From Candidatus Kryptoniota bacterium (GTDB taxonomy: Bacteria; Bacteroidota; Ignavibacteria; Kryptoniales; JAKASW01): a DNA stretch of 64,000 nucleotides. The position numbers and the translations under genes were made by a program. Shown piece after piece: positions 9,149 through 17,532 of the stretch. The notes beneath the pieces were generated by a model. That model saw nothing but the letters and a program-made list of their open reading frames with translations. It was not told the origin of the DNA and did not search any database. The DNA is taken from the NCBI GenBank assembly GCA_046706365.1, contig JBJKPN010000185.1:1113-65112 (forward strand), given 5' to 3'. Within the stretch, counting starts at the first letter, position 1, and each line of letters begins with the position of its first letter.

Positions 9149-10573
9149 CTAAAACAACTTCTGCGTGAGAGCAACAATGTACCCCGGAGTAATACCGAGC
9201 TCCAAAACTGCCAGTGCCGCGATAACAAGCGCAGTGGCTCCAAGGCGGGAAATGGCTGCGGGGGCGCTTTCCTCAGGCGAATCCTTGAAATACATGTTCA
9301 CGACCACGTTTATGTAAAAATAAACGGAAACGACGCTCGCAAGCACTCCGACCACCGCAAGCCAGGTCATATTGGCGGATATCGCCGAGGCAAAGAGATA
9401 ATATTTGCCGAAAAACCCGGCAAACGGAGGTATTCCAGCGAGTGAAAACATAAACAAAGCCATCAACGCCGCAATGAATGGATGTCGCTGCGATAACCCC
9501 TGATAATCTGAAATGTTCAAATACCTGCCTTCTTTGTTTTCCAGAACCGATACGACACCGAAGGCACCGATTTGCATGAATGTGTAGGCAAGCATGTAGT
9601 AGAGCACACCCGTCCGGCCGAGCGTATTCGCCGCCGCAATACCCACAAGGGCATACCCGGCATGCGCTATACTGGAATAAGCCAGCATCCTTTTGATGTT
9701 TTGTTGGACCAGGGCTATGAGGTTTCCAAGAACCATGGTGAAAGCCGCAAGATAGGCGATGACCGTCTGAAGCTGCCAGGAAGGATGGACTGAATAGCTG
9801 AACAGGATGACAAGCGCCGCGAAAGCAGCCGCCTTGCTCCCGGTGGACATGAAGCCGGATACCGTCGTCGGAGAGCCCTCATAAACGTCCGGCACCCACA
9901 TATGGAAAGGCACCGCGGATATCTTGAAGCTCAGTCCGATCAGGATCAGAGCGGCTCCGACCCAAAGCAGCGGACTGTTCTCGATTGACGAAAAATTACT
10001 CAGAATAGTTGCCAGATTCGTCGTCCCAGTCGCACCGTAGACAAGAGAAATTCCATAAAGAAAGAAGCCTGTGGCAAAGGCCCCGAGGAGGAAATACTTC
10101 AAAGAGGCCTCGTTCGACTTAGCATCGCTTCTGGCGTAACCGGCAAGGACGTAAAGACTGATCGACATGAGCTCGAGGCCGAGGAAGAGCACCATCAGAT
10201 CCCGCGCGCTTGCCATCAGCATCATCCCGATCGTCGCAAAGACGAGGAGTGTATAGAACTCTCCGAAATGCAGGTTCTCCTTCTCTAGATACGGTTTCGA
10301 CAGCAGTACGCTCAGGGCAGAGCTGCATACGAAAACGATTTCAAAGAATGCCGGGAAGTGACCGGTAAACACCATACCGTTGAAGGCATATGCGGACGCG
10401 TTGTAAGTGTTTACGGTGAGGATCCCGGTAATTATCAGGGCAAGCAGCGTCAGCCAATACGCAATGTTCGCCGGTTTCTTTATCGTTGCATCGATGATCA
10501 GAAGGAGCAGCGAAAATCCAGTCAGGAACAAAATAGGGCTGATAGCAACCATATCACTTAGGTTAAAAGGCAT
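9149..10573 (-). CDS. nuoN: NADH-quinone oxidoreductase subunit N
   Basis: Polytopic antiporter-like subunit, about 475 aa, last gene of the nuoJKLMN order. The start is taken at the second ATG (MPFNLSD), which has GGAGAG 7 nt upstream. The ORF-track start is 10588. Confidence 0.9.
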   Translation of the reverse strand: MPFNLSDMVAISPILFLTGFSLLLLIIDATIKKPANIAYWLTLLALIITGILTVNTYNASAYAFNGMVFTGHFPAFFEIVFVCSSALSVLLSKPYLEKENLHFGEFYTLLVFATIGMMLMASARDLMVLFLGLELMSISLYVLAGYARSDAKSNEASLKYFLLGAFATGFFLYGISLVYGATGTTNLATILSNFSSIENSPLLWVGAALILIGLSFKISAVPFHMWVPDVYEGSPTTVSGFMSTGSKAAAFAALVILFSYSVHPSWQLQTVIAYLAAFTMVLGNLIALVQQNIKRMLAYSSIAHAGYALVGIAAANTLGRTGVLYYMLAYTFMQIGAFGVVSVLENKEGRYLNISDYQGLSQRHPFIAALMALFMFSLAGIPPFAGFFGKYYLFASAISANMTWLAVVGVLASVVSVYFYINVVVNMYFKDSPEESAPAAISRLGATALVIAALAVLELGITPGYIVALTQKLF

Positions 10574-10837
10574 TGTATTTCTCTCCATAGAATTCCGATA
10601 CCAACCGGAAAAGTAATTCCATGCTCATTTCAGATTCTTTTCAACCGATCTTTAGTAAATGTCTTGATCTCATGTTTCCCATTCGTAAGGCGGCTGCAGT
10701 GCCGCGACACATCCTCATATATCTTCATCTCAACCGGGTCGCTCCATCCATGCCGAGAATTCTGCATTAGCTTCAATATCCCGACTCTTCATTCATCACA
10801 ACAAGCAACAGCACTGCTATGTCCACCCTATCGTCCC

Positions 10838-12364
10838 TCATCGCACCGCGAGAGCACCGACTTTTGCCTTCGTAAGGGTATCCACGAGAGCCTGAACTGC
10901 GGGCTCACTCTTCGAGAGGAAAGTCATCGGGTGAACGCCGATCCAGACTATGAATATTACCACCGCCGAAAGCACGAGTATCTCACGAAGGTTGAGATCC
11001 TTCATTTGTTCATTCTCAGGTTTGTCTACCGTCTTGAAAAACACCCTTTGATACATCCAGAGGAGATAGACGGCGGCAAGAATCACACCGCTCGTTGCAA
11101 CTATAGCGTACGCCGGACTTCCGAGAAATTCACTCTTGAAAGAGCCCACCAGTATCAGAAACTCGCCGACGAAACCATTCAAACCGGGCAAACCGACGGA
11201 CCCGAGCATGGCAATCATGAAAAACGTCGCCATCACCGGGACGACTTTAGCAAGGCCTCCGAAATCGCTGATCAACCGCGTATGTCGCTTGTCGTAAAGC
11301 ATGCCAACCAGAAGGAACAGGGCGCCGGTGGTAAGACCGTGATTGACCATCTGGATGACCGATCCCTGAATCGACTCGACGGTGATGGCAAAGATTCCGA
11401 GGACTACAAAACCGAGGTGGGCGACAGAGGAATAGGCAACGAGTTTCTTAAGGTCCTTCTGGACCATGGAAACGAAAGCCCCGTAGATAATCCCGATGAT
11501 AGCAAGGATAGCCATCAACGGGAGAAACTTGAACGCAGACTGCGGGAACAGCGGCAGAGAGAACCTGAGAAGTCCGTACGTTCCCATTTTAAGAAGTACG
11601 CCCGCCAGCAGAACGCTGCCCGCCATAGGCGCCTCGGTGTGAGCATCCGGAAGCCAGGTGTGAAGCGGGAAAATCGGCACCTTTATCGCAAAGCTCAGAG
11701 TAAACGCGAGGAACAGCCAGGTCTGCACCGACAGGGGAATCGTGGGGCCTATTTTGTAAAGCGTCACAAGATTTGTCGTGAACTCCCCGCCAGGGAGGGT
11801 ACTGGCATAGTAGCCGAGCCATATGATGGCTACCAACATCAGCAAGCTCCCGAACATGGTATAGACGAAGAACTTTACGGCTGCGTAAACCCTTCTCTCG
11901 TGGCCCCAGATGCCGATAATGAAGTACATCGGGATCAGCATCGCCTCCCAGAAAATGTAAAACAGGAAGAGGTCGAGCGACGAAAACACTCCAAGCATTC
12001 CGACCTCGAGGAGCAGCACGAAGAAATTGAACGCCTTGACCTTCTTCCCTATCGACGACCACGAAGCGACCAGAGCAATGAGAGTCAGGAACGTCGTGAG
12101 CGTGATGAGCAGGAGCGATATCCCGTCTATGCCGAGGTGGTAAGCGACGTTCAGGCTGCCGATCCAAGGGACGTACTCGACAAACTGGAACCCCGGTTTG
12201 GACACATCGAAGTTCAGGTAGAGGAGGACGGAGAAGATGAATGTCACGGCCGCGAAGAATATCGATACGCTCTTGACAAGCTTCTCGTTGTTCAGCAGAA
12301 GGAGTATGAGAGCTCCGACAAGCGGTGTGAATATTATGTAAGTAAGGAAATGAGTTTCGAACAT
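10838..12364 (-). CDS. nuoM: NADH-quinone oxidoreductase subunit M
   Basis: 508 aa Mrp-antiporter-like subunit with conserved blocks (FYIFWEAMLIPMY, HTWLPDAHTEAP, YSSVAHLGF). Its position between nuoL and nuoN fits. Confidence 0.9.
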   Translation of the reverse strand: MFETHFLTYIIFTPLVGALILLLLNNEKLVKSVSIFFAAVTFIFSVLLYLNFDVSKPGFQFVEYVPWIGSLNVAYHLGIDGISLLLITLTTFLTLIALVASWSSIGKKVKAFNFFVLLLEVGMLGVFSSLDLFLFYIFWEAMLIPMYFIIGIWGHERRVYAAVKFFVYTMFGSLLMLVAIIWLGYYASTLPGGEFTTNLVTLYKIGPTIPLSVQTWLFLAFTLSFAIKVPIFPLHTWLPDAHTEAPMAGSVLLAGVLLKMGTYGLLRFSLPLFPQSAFKFLPLMAILAIIGIIYGAFVSMVQKDLKKLVAYSSVAHLGFVVLGIFAITVESIQGSVIQMVNHGLTTGALFLLVGMLYDKRHTRLISDFGGLAKVVPVMATFFMIAMLGSVGLPGLNGFVGEFLILVGSFKSEFLGSPAYAIVATSGVILAAVYLLWMYQRVFFKTVDKPENEQMKDLNLREILVLSAVVIFIVWIGVHPMTFLSKSEPAVQALVDTLTKAKVGALAVR

Positions 12365-12379
12365 TTCGTTGTTCTCGAA

Positions 12380-14329
12380 TTACTTCAGAATTATGTATCC
12401 AATTATTATGATGATGCCTATTACAAACGTCAAAGCATAGTTCTGTACGAAGCCTGTCTGAATCTTGCGGATCAGTCTGCCGAAGAACCTCACAGTCTTC
12501 CCCGTTCCATTCACAGACCCGTCAATCATGATTTCGTCGACCCCATGCCAGAGGTATTTGTCGCTGACGTAGATTAGCGGTTTTACAACGATAGCCTGGT
12601 ATATCTCGTCGATGTAAAACTTGTTCAGGATTATTTCATACAAATCGCCGGCTGCCCTTCTGAATTTTGCGGAGAGTTCGGGCGTCTTAAGGTAAGCCAT
12701 GTAAGCCACATAAACGCCTCCTACCGCAAGAATGACTGATATCGCCATGAGGATGTATTCTGTTGAAGGCTCGACGACGAAGAGCGACGGCATTGTAGCC
12801 TGAGCATTCTCAAACACCGGCTCGAGGAATTTACCGAACGTGTCGCCACCGCCGAGTATCGCGGGTATGCCGATCCAGCCGCCGATAGCCGAGAGTATCC
12901 CGAGCACCCAGAGCGGGATAAGCATCGTCGTCGGCGCATCGTGAACATGGATATGATGCACGTCGAATCTCGGCTTCCCTTCGAAAGCCAGTATGAATAG
13001 CCTGAAGATGTAAAACGCCGTCAGAAAAGCGGTCAGTGCGCCGATCAACCACAGGATAAAGGAGCTGGCGAATGCACGCCCCAATATCTCATCTTTACTG
13101 AAGAAGCCCGACAGTGGCGGGATGCCGGAGATCGCAAGACTAGCGAGCAGAAACGTCTTATATGTGCCCGGCATGAGTTTCTTCAGGCCCCCCATGTTCC
13201 TCAGGTCCTGGTTCTCATGAAGAGCGTGGATAATCGCGCCGGCGCCGAGGAACAGTAGAGCCTTGAAAAACGCGTGTGTCATGAGATGGAATATGCCTGC
13301 GCCGAAAGCACCGACTCCCAACGCGAGAAACATATAGCCCAGCTGGCTGATGGTGGAATAGGCGAGGACCTTCTTGATGTCGTTCTGGACGAGACCCATC
13401 GTGGCGGCATACATCGCGGTGACCGCGCCGACGATCGCGACGACGAGCATTGTTGTCGGTGCGAGGGCGTATAGTATCGAGCTCCTCGCTATCATATAAA
13501 CGCCCGCCGTCACCATGGTAGCCGCGTGAATCAGCGCCGAAACCGGAGTCGGGCCCGCCATCGCGTCAGGCAGCCAGATATACAGCGGGATCTGCGCGCT
13601 CTTCCCCGTGGCACCGATGAAGAGCAGCATCGTAATCCACGTAACGGTAGCGCTGCCCGCCGTGAAGTGACCGGTGGCGGCTCCGAAGATGGTGTCGAAA
13701 TTGAAGGTTCCGAAATTCTGGAAGATCAGGAACATGCCGATCAGGAAAGCAAAATCTCCGATGCGATTGACGATAAACGCCTTCATCCCGGCATCGCCGG
13801 TCCATGTCAGATTGACCCCTTCGAATTTCCTGTCGTACCAGAATCCGATGAGGAGGTAGGAACACAAGCCTACTCCCTCCCAGCCGAGAAACATCAGCAG
13901 GTAATTGTCTGCCAAGATCAGGTTCAGCATGGCAAACACGAACAGATTCAGGTACGTAAAAAACCTGAAGACGCCGCGGTCGCCGTGCATGTAGCCGATC
14001 GAGTAGACGTGGATAAGGAAGCTTACGCCCGTAACGATCAGGAGCATTACAATTGAAAGCGGGTCGATCAGGTACGAGACGCTGACGGACAGATTCCCGG
14101 CGGCGATCCAAGTGTAAACGTCGACGATATGGCTGCGGGCGCTCGAAGCTTCGCCGAGCAGATGGATGAATATCACTACGGCGAATATGAACGAAAGTCC
14201 GATGGTAGCGCTGCCGATCGCACCGACGACCTTCTCGCCGAACTTCTTTTGTATGAGACTCCCGAGGAGCCCGTTAATTAGTACGCCGATGATCGGAAAG
14301 ACAACGACGTAAACGACTAAATTTTGCAT
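12380..14329 (-). CDS. nuoL: NADH-quinone oxidoreductase subunit L
   Basis: 649 aa. Blocks WEGVGLCSYLLIGFW, LPDAMAGPTPVSALIHAATMVTAG and AYSTISQLGYM, plus the long C-terminal lateral helix region typical of NuoL. Confidence 0.9.
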   Translation of the reverse strand: MQNLVVYVVVFPIIGVLINGLLGSLIQKKFGEKVVGAIGSATIGLSFIFAVVIFIHLLGEASSARSHIVDVYTWIAAGNLSVSVSYLIDPLSIVMLLIVTGVSFLIHVYSIGYMHGDRGVFRFFTYLNLFVFAMLNLILADNYLLMFLGWEGVGLCSYLLIGFWYDRKFEGVNLTWTGDAGMKAFIVNRIGDFAFLIGMFLIFQNFGTFNFDTIFGAATGHFTAGSATVTWITMLLFIGATGKSAQIPLYIWLPDAMAGPTPVSALIHAATMVTAGVYMIARSSILYALAPTTMLVVAIVGAVTAMYAATMGLVQNDIKKVLAYSTISQLGYMFLALGVGAFGAGIFHLMTHAFFKALLFLGAGAIIHALHENQDLRNMGGLKKLMPGTYKTFLLASLAISGIPPLSGFFSKDEILGRAFASSFILWLIGALTAFLTAFYIFRLFILAFEGKPRFDVHHIHVHDAPTTMLIPLWVLGILSAIGGWIGIPAILGGGDTFGKFLEPVFENAQATMPSLFVVEPSTEYILMAISVILAVGGVYVAYMAYLKTPELSAKFRRAAGDLYEIILNKFYIDEIYQAIVVKPLIYVSDKYLWHGVDEIMIDGSVNGTGKTVRFFGRLIRKIQTGFVQNYALTFVIGIIIIIGYIILK

Positions 14330-14390
14330 ATAGCATCCTCTAAGAAAGGTATTCGTGCTTGCAGGCGAAAGAGGTTTCCTGTGGAAGCAT

Positions 14391-14693
14391 CTACCATTTC
14401 AGAATGTTGACTTCGTCTATGTTCACGGTCAGTTTGTTGCGGAATAAAGCGATTATGATGGCAAGTCCGACCGCGGATTCAGCTGCGGCCACCGCTATCA
14501 CAAAGAATACAAGTATCTGACCGGCTGGGTTGCCGGAATATGCCGAAAAGGCAATGAGTGAAAGGTTCACGGAATTGAGCATCAATTCTACCGACATAAA
14601 AATTACTATCGCGTTGCGGAGAGTCAGAACACCGATTACTCCGATTATGAACAGTACAGCGCTCAATCCGATGTAGTAGGCTAGTGGTATCAT
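14391..14693 (-). CDS. nuoK: NADH-quinone oxidoreductase subunit K
   Basis: 100 aa with three TM helices. The segment ...[11 protein letters not shown]...[11 protein letters not shown]... is the NuoK signature. Confidence 0.9.
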   Translation of the reverse strand: MIPLAYYIGLSAVLFIIGVIGVLTLRNAIVIFMSVELMLNSVNLSLIAFSAYSGNPAGQILVFFVIAVAAAESAVGLAIIIALFRNKLTVNIDEVNILKW

Positions 14694-14694
14694 A

Positions 14695-15201
14695 TCATTC
14701 GAATTTTTTCTTTGCCAGGAAGATCGCTCCTACAATTGCAGCCAGGAGCAGAATCGAAGTCACCTCGAAAGGAAACAGGTAACCGAGATAAAGGACTTTT
14801 CCGATCGACTCCACGGTTCCCATTGTCTCTGCCTTGGGGGAGATTCCGCTTGTCGAAGTGAAGTTCAAAACGAAGTAGGCGATCTCGACGAGTAGAGCTA
14901 TACCGAGCAGAGCGGCGATCGTCTTTGAAGAGTTGAGTTTCCATTTTAGCAGCTTGTCATCGCCCAGATTCAGAAGCATTATGACGAACAGGAAGAGCAC
15001 CATGATGGCGCCGGCATAAACGGTGATTTGTATTATGGCAATGAACTGCGCACGCAGGAACAAGTACAGAACAGCTATCACGAAAAAATTGAAAACAAGG
15101 TAGAGGGCACTTGTTACAGGATTCCGGCGGGTAATCATCAAGATGGCGGAGGCGATGGCAGCCACAGCAAGAATCAGAAATGCAATTTGTTCAAGGTTCA
15201 A
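14695..15201 (-). CDS. nuoJ: NADH-quinone oxidoreductase subunit J
   Basis: The in-frame TTG at 15201 is preceded by GGAGGT (15208-15213, 6-nt spacing). It gives [29 protein letters not shown]..., a normal ~168-aa NuoJ. The ORF-track start at 15309 adds 36 non-NuoJ residues. Confidence 0.85.
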   Translation of the reverse strand: MNLEQIAFLILAVAAIASAILMITRRNPVTSALYLVFNFFVIAVLYLFLRAQFIAIIQITVYAGAIMVLFLFVIMLLNLGDDKLLKWKLNSSKTIAALLGIALLVEIAYFVLNFTSTSGISPKAETMGTVESIGKVLYLGYLFPFEVTSILLLAAIVGAIFLAKKKFE

Positions 15202-15234
15202 CCGAATACCTCCGTAGTGTTTTAGAACGCAAAA

Positions 15235-15263
15235 AATATAAAATAAGGTGGTTAAACAATCAA
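15235..15263 (-). promoter_or_regulatory. candidate sigma70-type promoter for nuoJKLMN
   Basis: The minus strand reads TTGATT (15263-15258), a 17-nt spacer, then TATATT (15240-15235). It lies about 35 nt upstream of the nuoJ TTG. This is a sequence match only. Confidence 0.4.
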
Positions 15264-15566
15264 CGCTGAAAGAATTCGCCTGTCTCCCGTTGTCAAAAGA
15301 TCCAACCACGACGTCACCCTTCGGATACCCCCGGTGAGTAGAGCCGCTTCCATCATTCTATTTCCGGGACACTCCCTGAGCTTCCCTCCCACACTTGAAT
15401 CTGTCTGATCCCAGGTATACCTTTCATGTCGTCAGGTCAGGCGGGCGTCCGGAGTTCACATGAATCGGTCAAATACATCCGGGCCTCTGGAGCGAAAGGG
15501 GCGCTCGGTATGACGATCCGGTTGTGATTGAAGCTGTGAGCACTCGTAATTCTACAACAATATTCG

Positions 15567-16433
15567 GTGTGCGATGATTCCGGTCGATTTTGGATTAGCA
15601 GTATGACTATTCTCCAACATGAAGGACACTACGACCCCGAAGTGCTTTCGTCGGCGGATGATCTCGCGTTCTGGTCCACCCCGTTCGGTCTCCGGCTTCT
15701 AGATGTCGTCCACTATGAAAAGCAGATGAGGGTGCTCGACCTCGCATGCGGAGCCGGGTTCCCGTTAATTGAACTCGCAATGAGACTTGGGAGAACGTCA
15801 AGGGTATACGGAGTTGATCCATGGAGCGACGGCATTCTCATGGCCGCCCGTAAAATCATGGCACACCGAGTGACGAATGCCGAGGTAATTCAGGCGCGTG
15901 CTGAAGATTTGCCTTTCCGCGAGGCATTCTTCGATTTAGCGGTATCAAACAACGGAGTTAACAACGTATCGAACCTTGAATTGACCTTCGATGAACTTCG
16001 ACGGGTTTTGAAAACTGGGGCACAATTTGCATTCACGTTCAACACCGACCGGACTTTTGAACAGTTTTATGATGTATTTCGGGACGTCCTGACCGGGATG
16101 GGCCTCCATCAATATGTGAAATCGATAGAAGACCACATATATAAAAAGCGGAAACCGATCAGCGTTTTCATAGAACTCCTCGAATCAAAGGGGTTCCACC
16201 TGATTTCCGTTCACAAGGACAGCTTCAGCTATCATTTCGCAGACGGCACCGCCATGCTGAACCATTCATTCATCAAGCACTCGTTTTTTCCATCGTGGAC
16301 GGAGATTCTCGATGAAGAACATCGGAAGCCGGTTTTCGAAAGGATTGAACAGTCTCTGAACGCTCTTGTCGAGAAATCCGGCCCGTTGACGATGCCTGTT
16401 CCCTTCCTGATTGTCAACAGCGAGAGGACGTAG
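15567..16433 (+). CDS. class I SAM-dependent methyltransferase
   Basis: 288 aa with SAM-binding motif I VLDLACGAGFPLIELA and downstream acidic and DLAVSNNGVNN motifs. The start is ambiguous (GTG 15567 or ATG 15603). Confidence 0.7.
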   Translation: MCDDSGRFWISSMTILQHEGHYDPEVLSSADDLAFWSTPFGLRLLDVVHYEKQMRVLDLACGAGFPLIELAMRLGRTSRVYGVDPWSDGILMAARKIMAHRVTNAEVIQARAEDLPFREAFFDLAVSNNGVNNVSNLELTFDELRRVLKTGAQFAFTFNTDRTFEQFYDVFRDVLTGMGLHQYVKSIEDHIYKKRKPISVFIELLESKGFHLISVHKDSFSYHFADGTAMLNHSFIKHSFFPSWTEILDEEHRKPVFERIEQSLNALVEKSGPLTMPVPFLIVNSERT

Positions 16434-16727
16434 AGGGGAAACGGGACAGGAACGGGCCGACCTGGCTTCCCGTATTTCACCGACCTTTCTAATAAGAATG
16501 GTGCAGCTACGTGAGACCCAGTGCGCTTGCAATTTTATTTAACCGCCGATAATTTCGTCTATGAATTTCATCCGAATAATTCTCAGTCGCTTCATTCAAT
16601 GTCTCGCCGCAGCCGACCCTTCAGTTGGAATTGCTGCGGCAGCGCGTCCACCGGCAGAGCTTTGCTTTGCGTCAGAACCCTTCGTGTTGGAAATCAAAAC
16701 CCACCATGAGGTTATCAGGAGAATGAC

Positions 16728-17519
16728 ATGGATCTAGGTCTAACAGGAAAAGTCGCCGTCGTATCAGCTTCGACCAAAGGACTCGGCAAAGGAGTCGCAA
16801 CGTCTCTCGCGGCTGAAGGTGCAACGGTCATCATTAACGGAAGACACAAGCAGAATATTCACGATGCTGTGGAAGAGATCCGGAGCAAGACCGGCCAATC
16901 GGTATTCGCGGTCATGGGCGACGTGACACAGGCCGAAGATGTCGACAGACTCTTTGAAGAAGTCGTCCGTCGTTACGGAACGGTACATATTGTCGTATCC
17001 AATGCGGGCGGCCCACCGGCAGGAAGTTTCTCTGAATTCAACGACGAACAGTGGCAGAAGGCGGTTGAACTCAATCTGATGAGCACCGTCCGCCTGATTC
17101 GAAAGGCGATGCCGATAATGCAATCTCAAAAATGGGGAAGAATCGTCAACATCACTTCTTTGACTGTCAAGCAGCCTGCAGATAATCTGCTACTGTCAAA
17201 TTCTGTAAGGGCCGCAATCGTCGGCCTTGCAAAGACAGTGTCCCGCGATCTTGCACGCGACAATGTGCTGATTAACAACGTCGCGCCTTACTACGTGGCA
17301 ACCAAGCGTATCGATTATTTGATGGAAGAGACGGCCGCGAAGAAAGGAATCACGAAGGAGGCGGCTATCCAGAACATAATCAGGGAAATCCCGATGGGAA
17401 GGCTCGGAACGCCCGAAGAATTCGGCGATTTTGTTACGTTTCTCTGTTCAGAGAAGAACAGTTATGTAACTGGTGCGACTATCCAATTCGACGGCGGCGC
17501 TTATCGAGGTATGCTCTGA
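16728..17519 (+). CDS. SDR-family oxidoreductase (3-oxoacyl-ACP-reductase-like)
   Basis: 263 aa with the Rossmann motif GKVAVVSASTKGLGKG and the NAGG motif. Length and layout are those of classical SDRs. Confidence 0.8.
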   Translation: MDLGLTGKVAVVSASTKGLGKGVATSLAAEGATVIINGRHKQNIHDAVEEIRSKTGQSVFAVMGDVTQAEDVDRLFEEVVRRYGTVHIVVSNAGGPPAGSFSEFNDEQWQKAVELNLMSTVRLIRKAMPIMQSQKWGRIVNITSLTVKQPADNLLLSNSVRAAIVGLAKTVSRDLARDNVLINNVAPYYVATKRIDYLMEETAAKKGITKEAAIQNIIREIPMGRLGTPEEFGDFVTFLCSEKNSYVTGATIQFDGGAYRGML

Positions 17520-17532
17520 CAGGATGTTCCTG

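Noticed and set aside
10664-12577. 637-aa plus-strand ORF, the longest ORF on that strand in the area
   Set aside because: It is exactly antisense to nuoM and the end of nuoL. Its translation is an H/R/E/D/K-rich mirror of hydrophobic membrane codons with no domain-like pattern. It stays open only because the sense genes avoid TTA/CTA/TCA codons in that register.
16606-16640. 8-bp stem GCCGCAGC...GCTGCGGC in the 294-bp spacer upstream of the SDR gene
   Set aside because: It has a 19-nt loop, no U-tract and no recognisable regulatory consensus. It is likely incidental.
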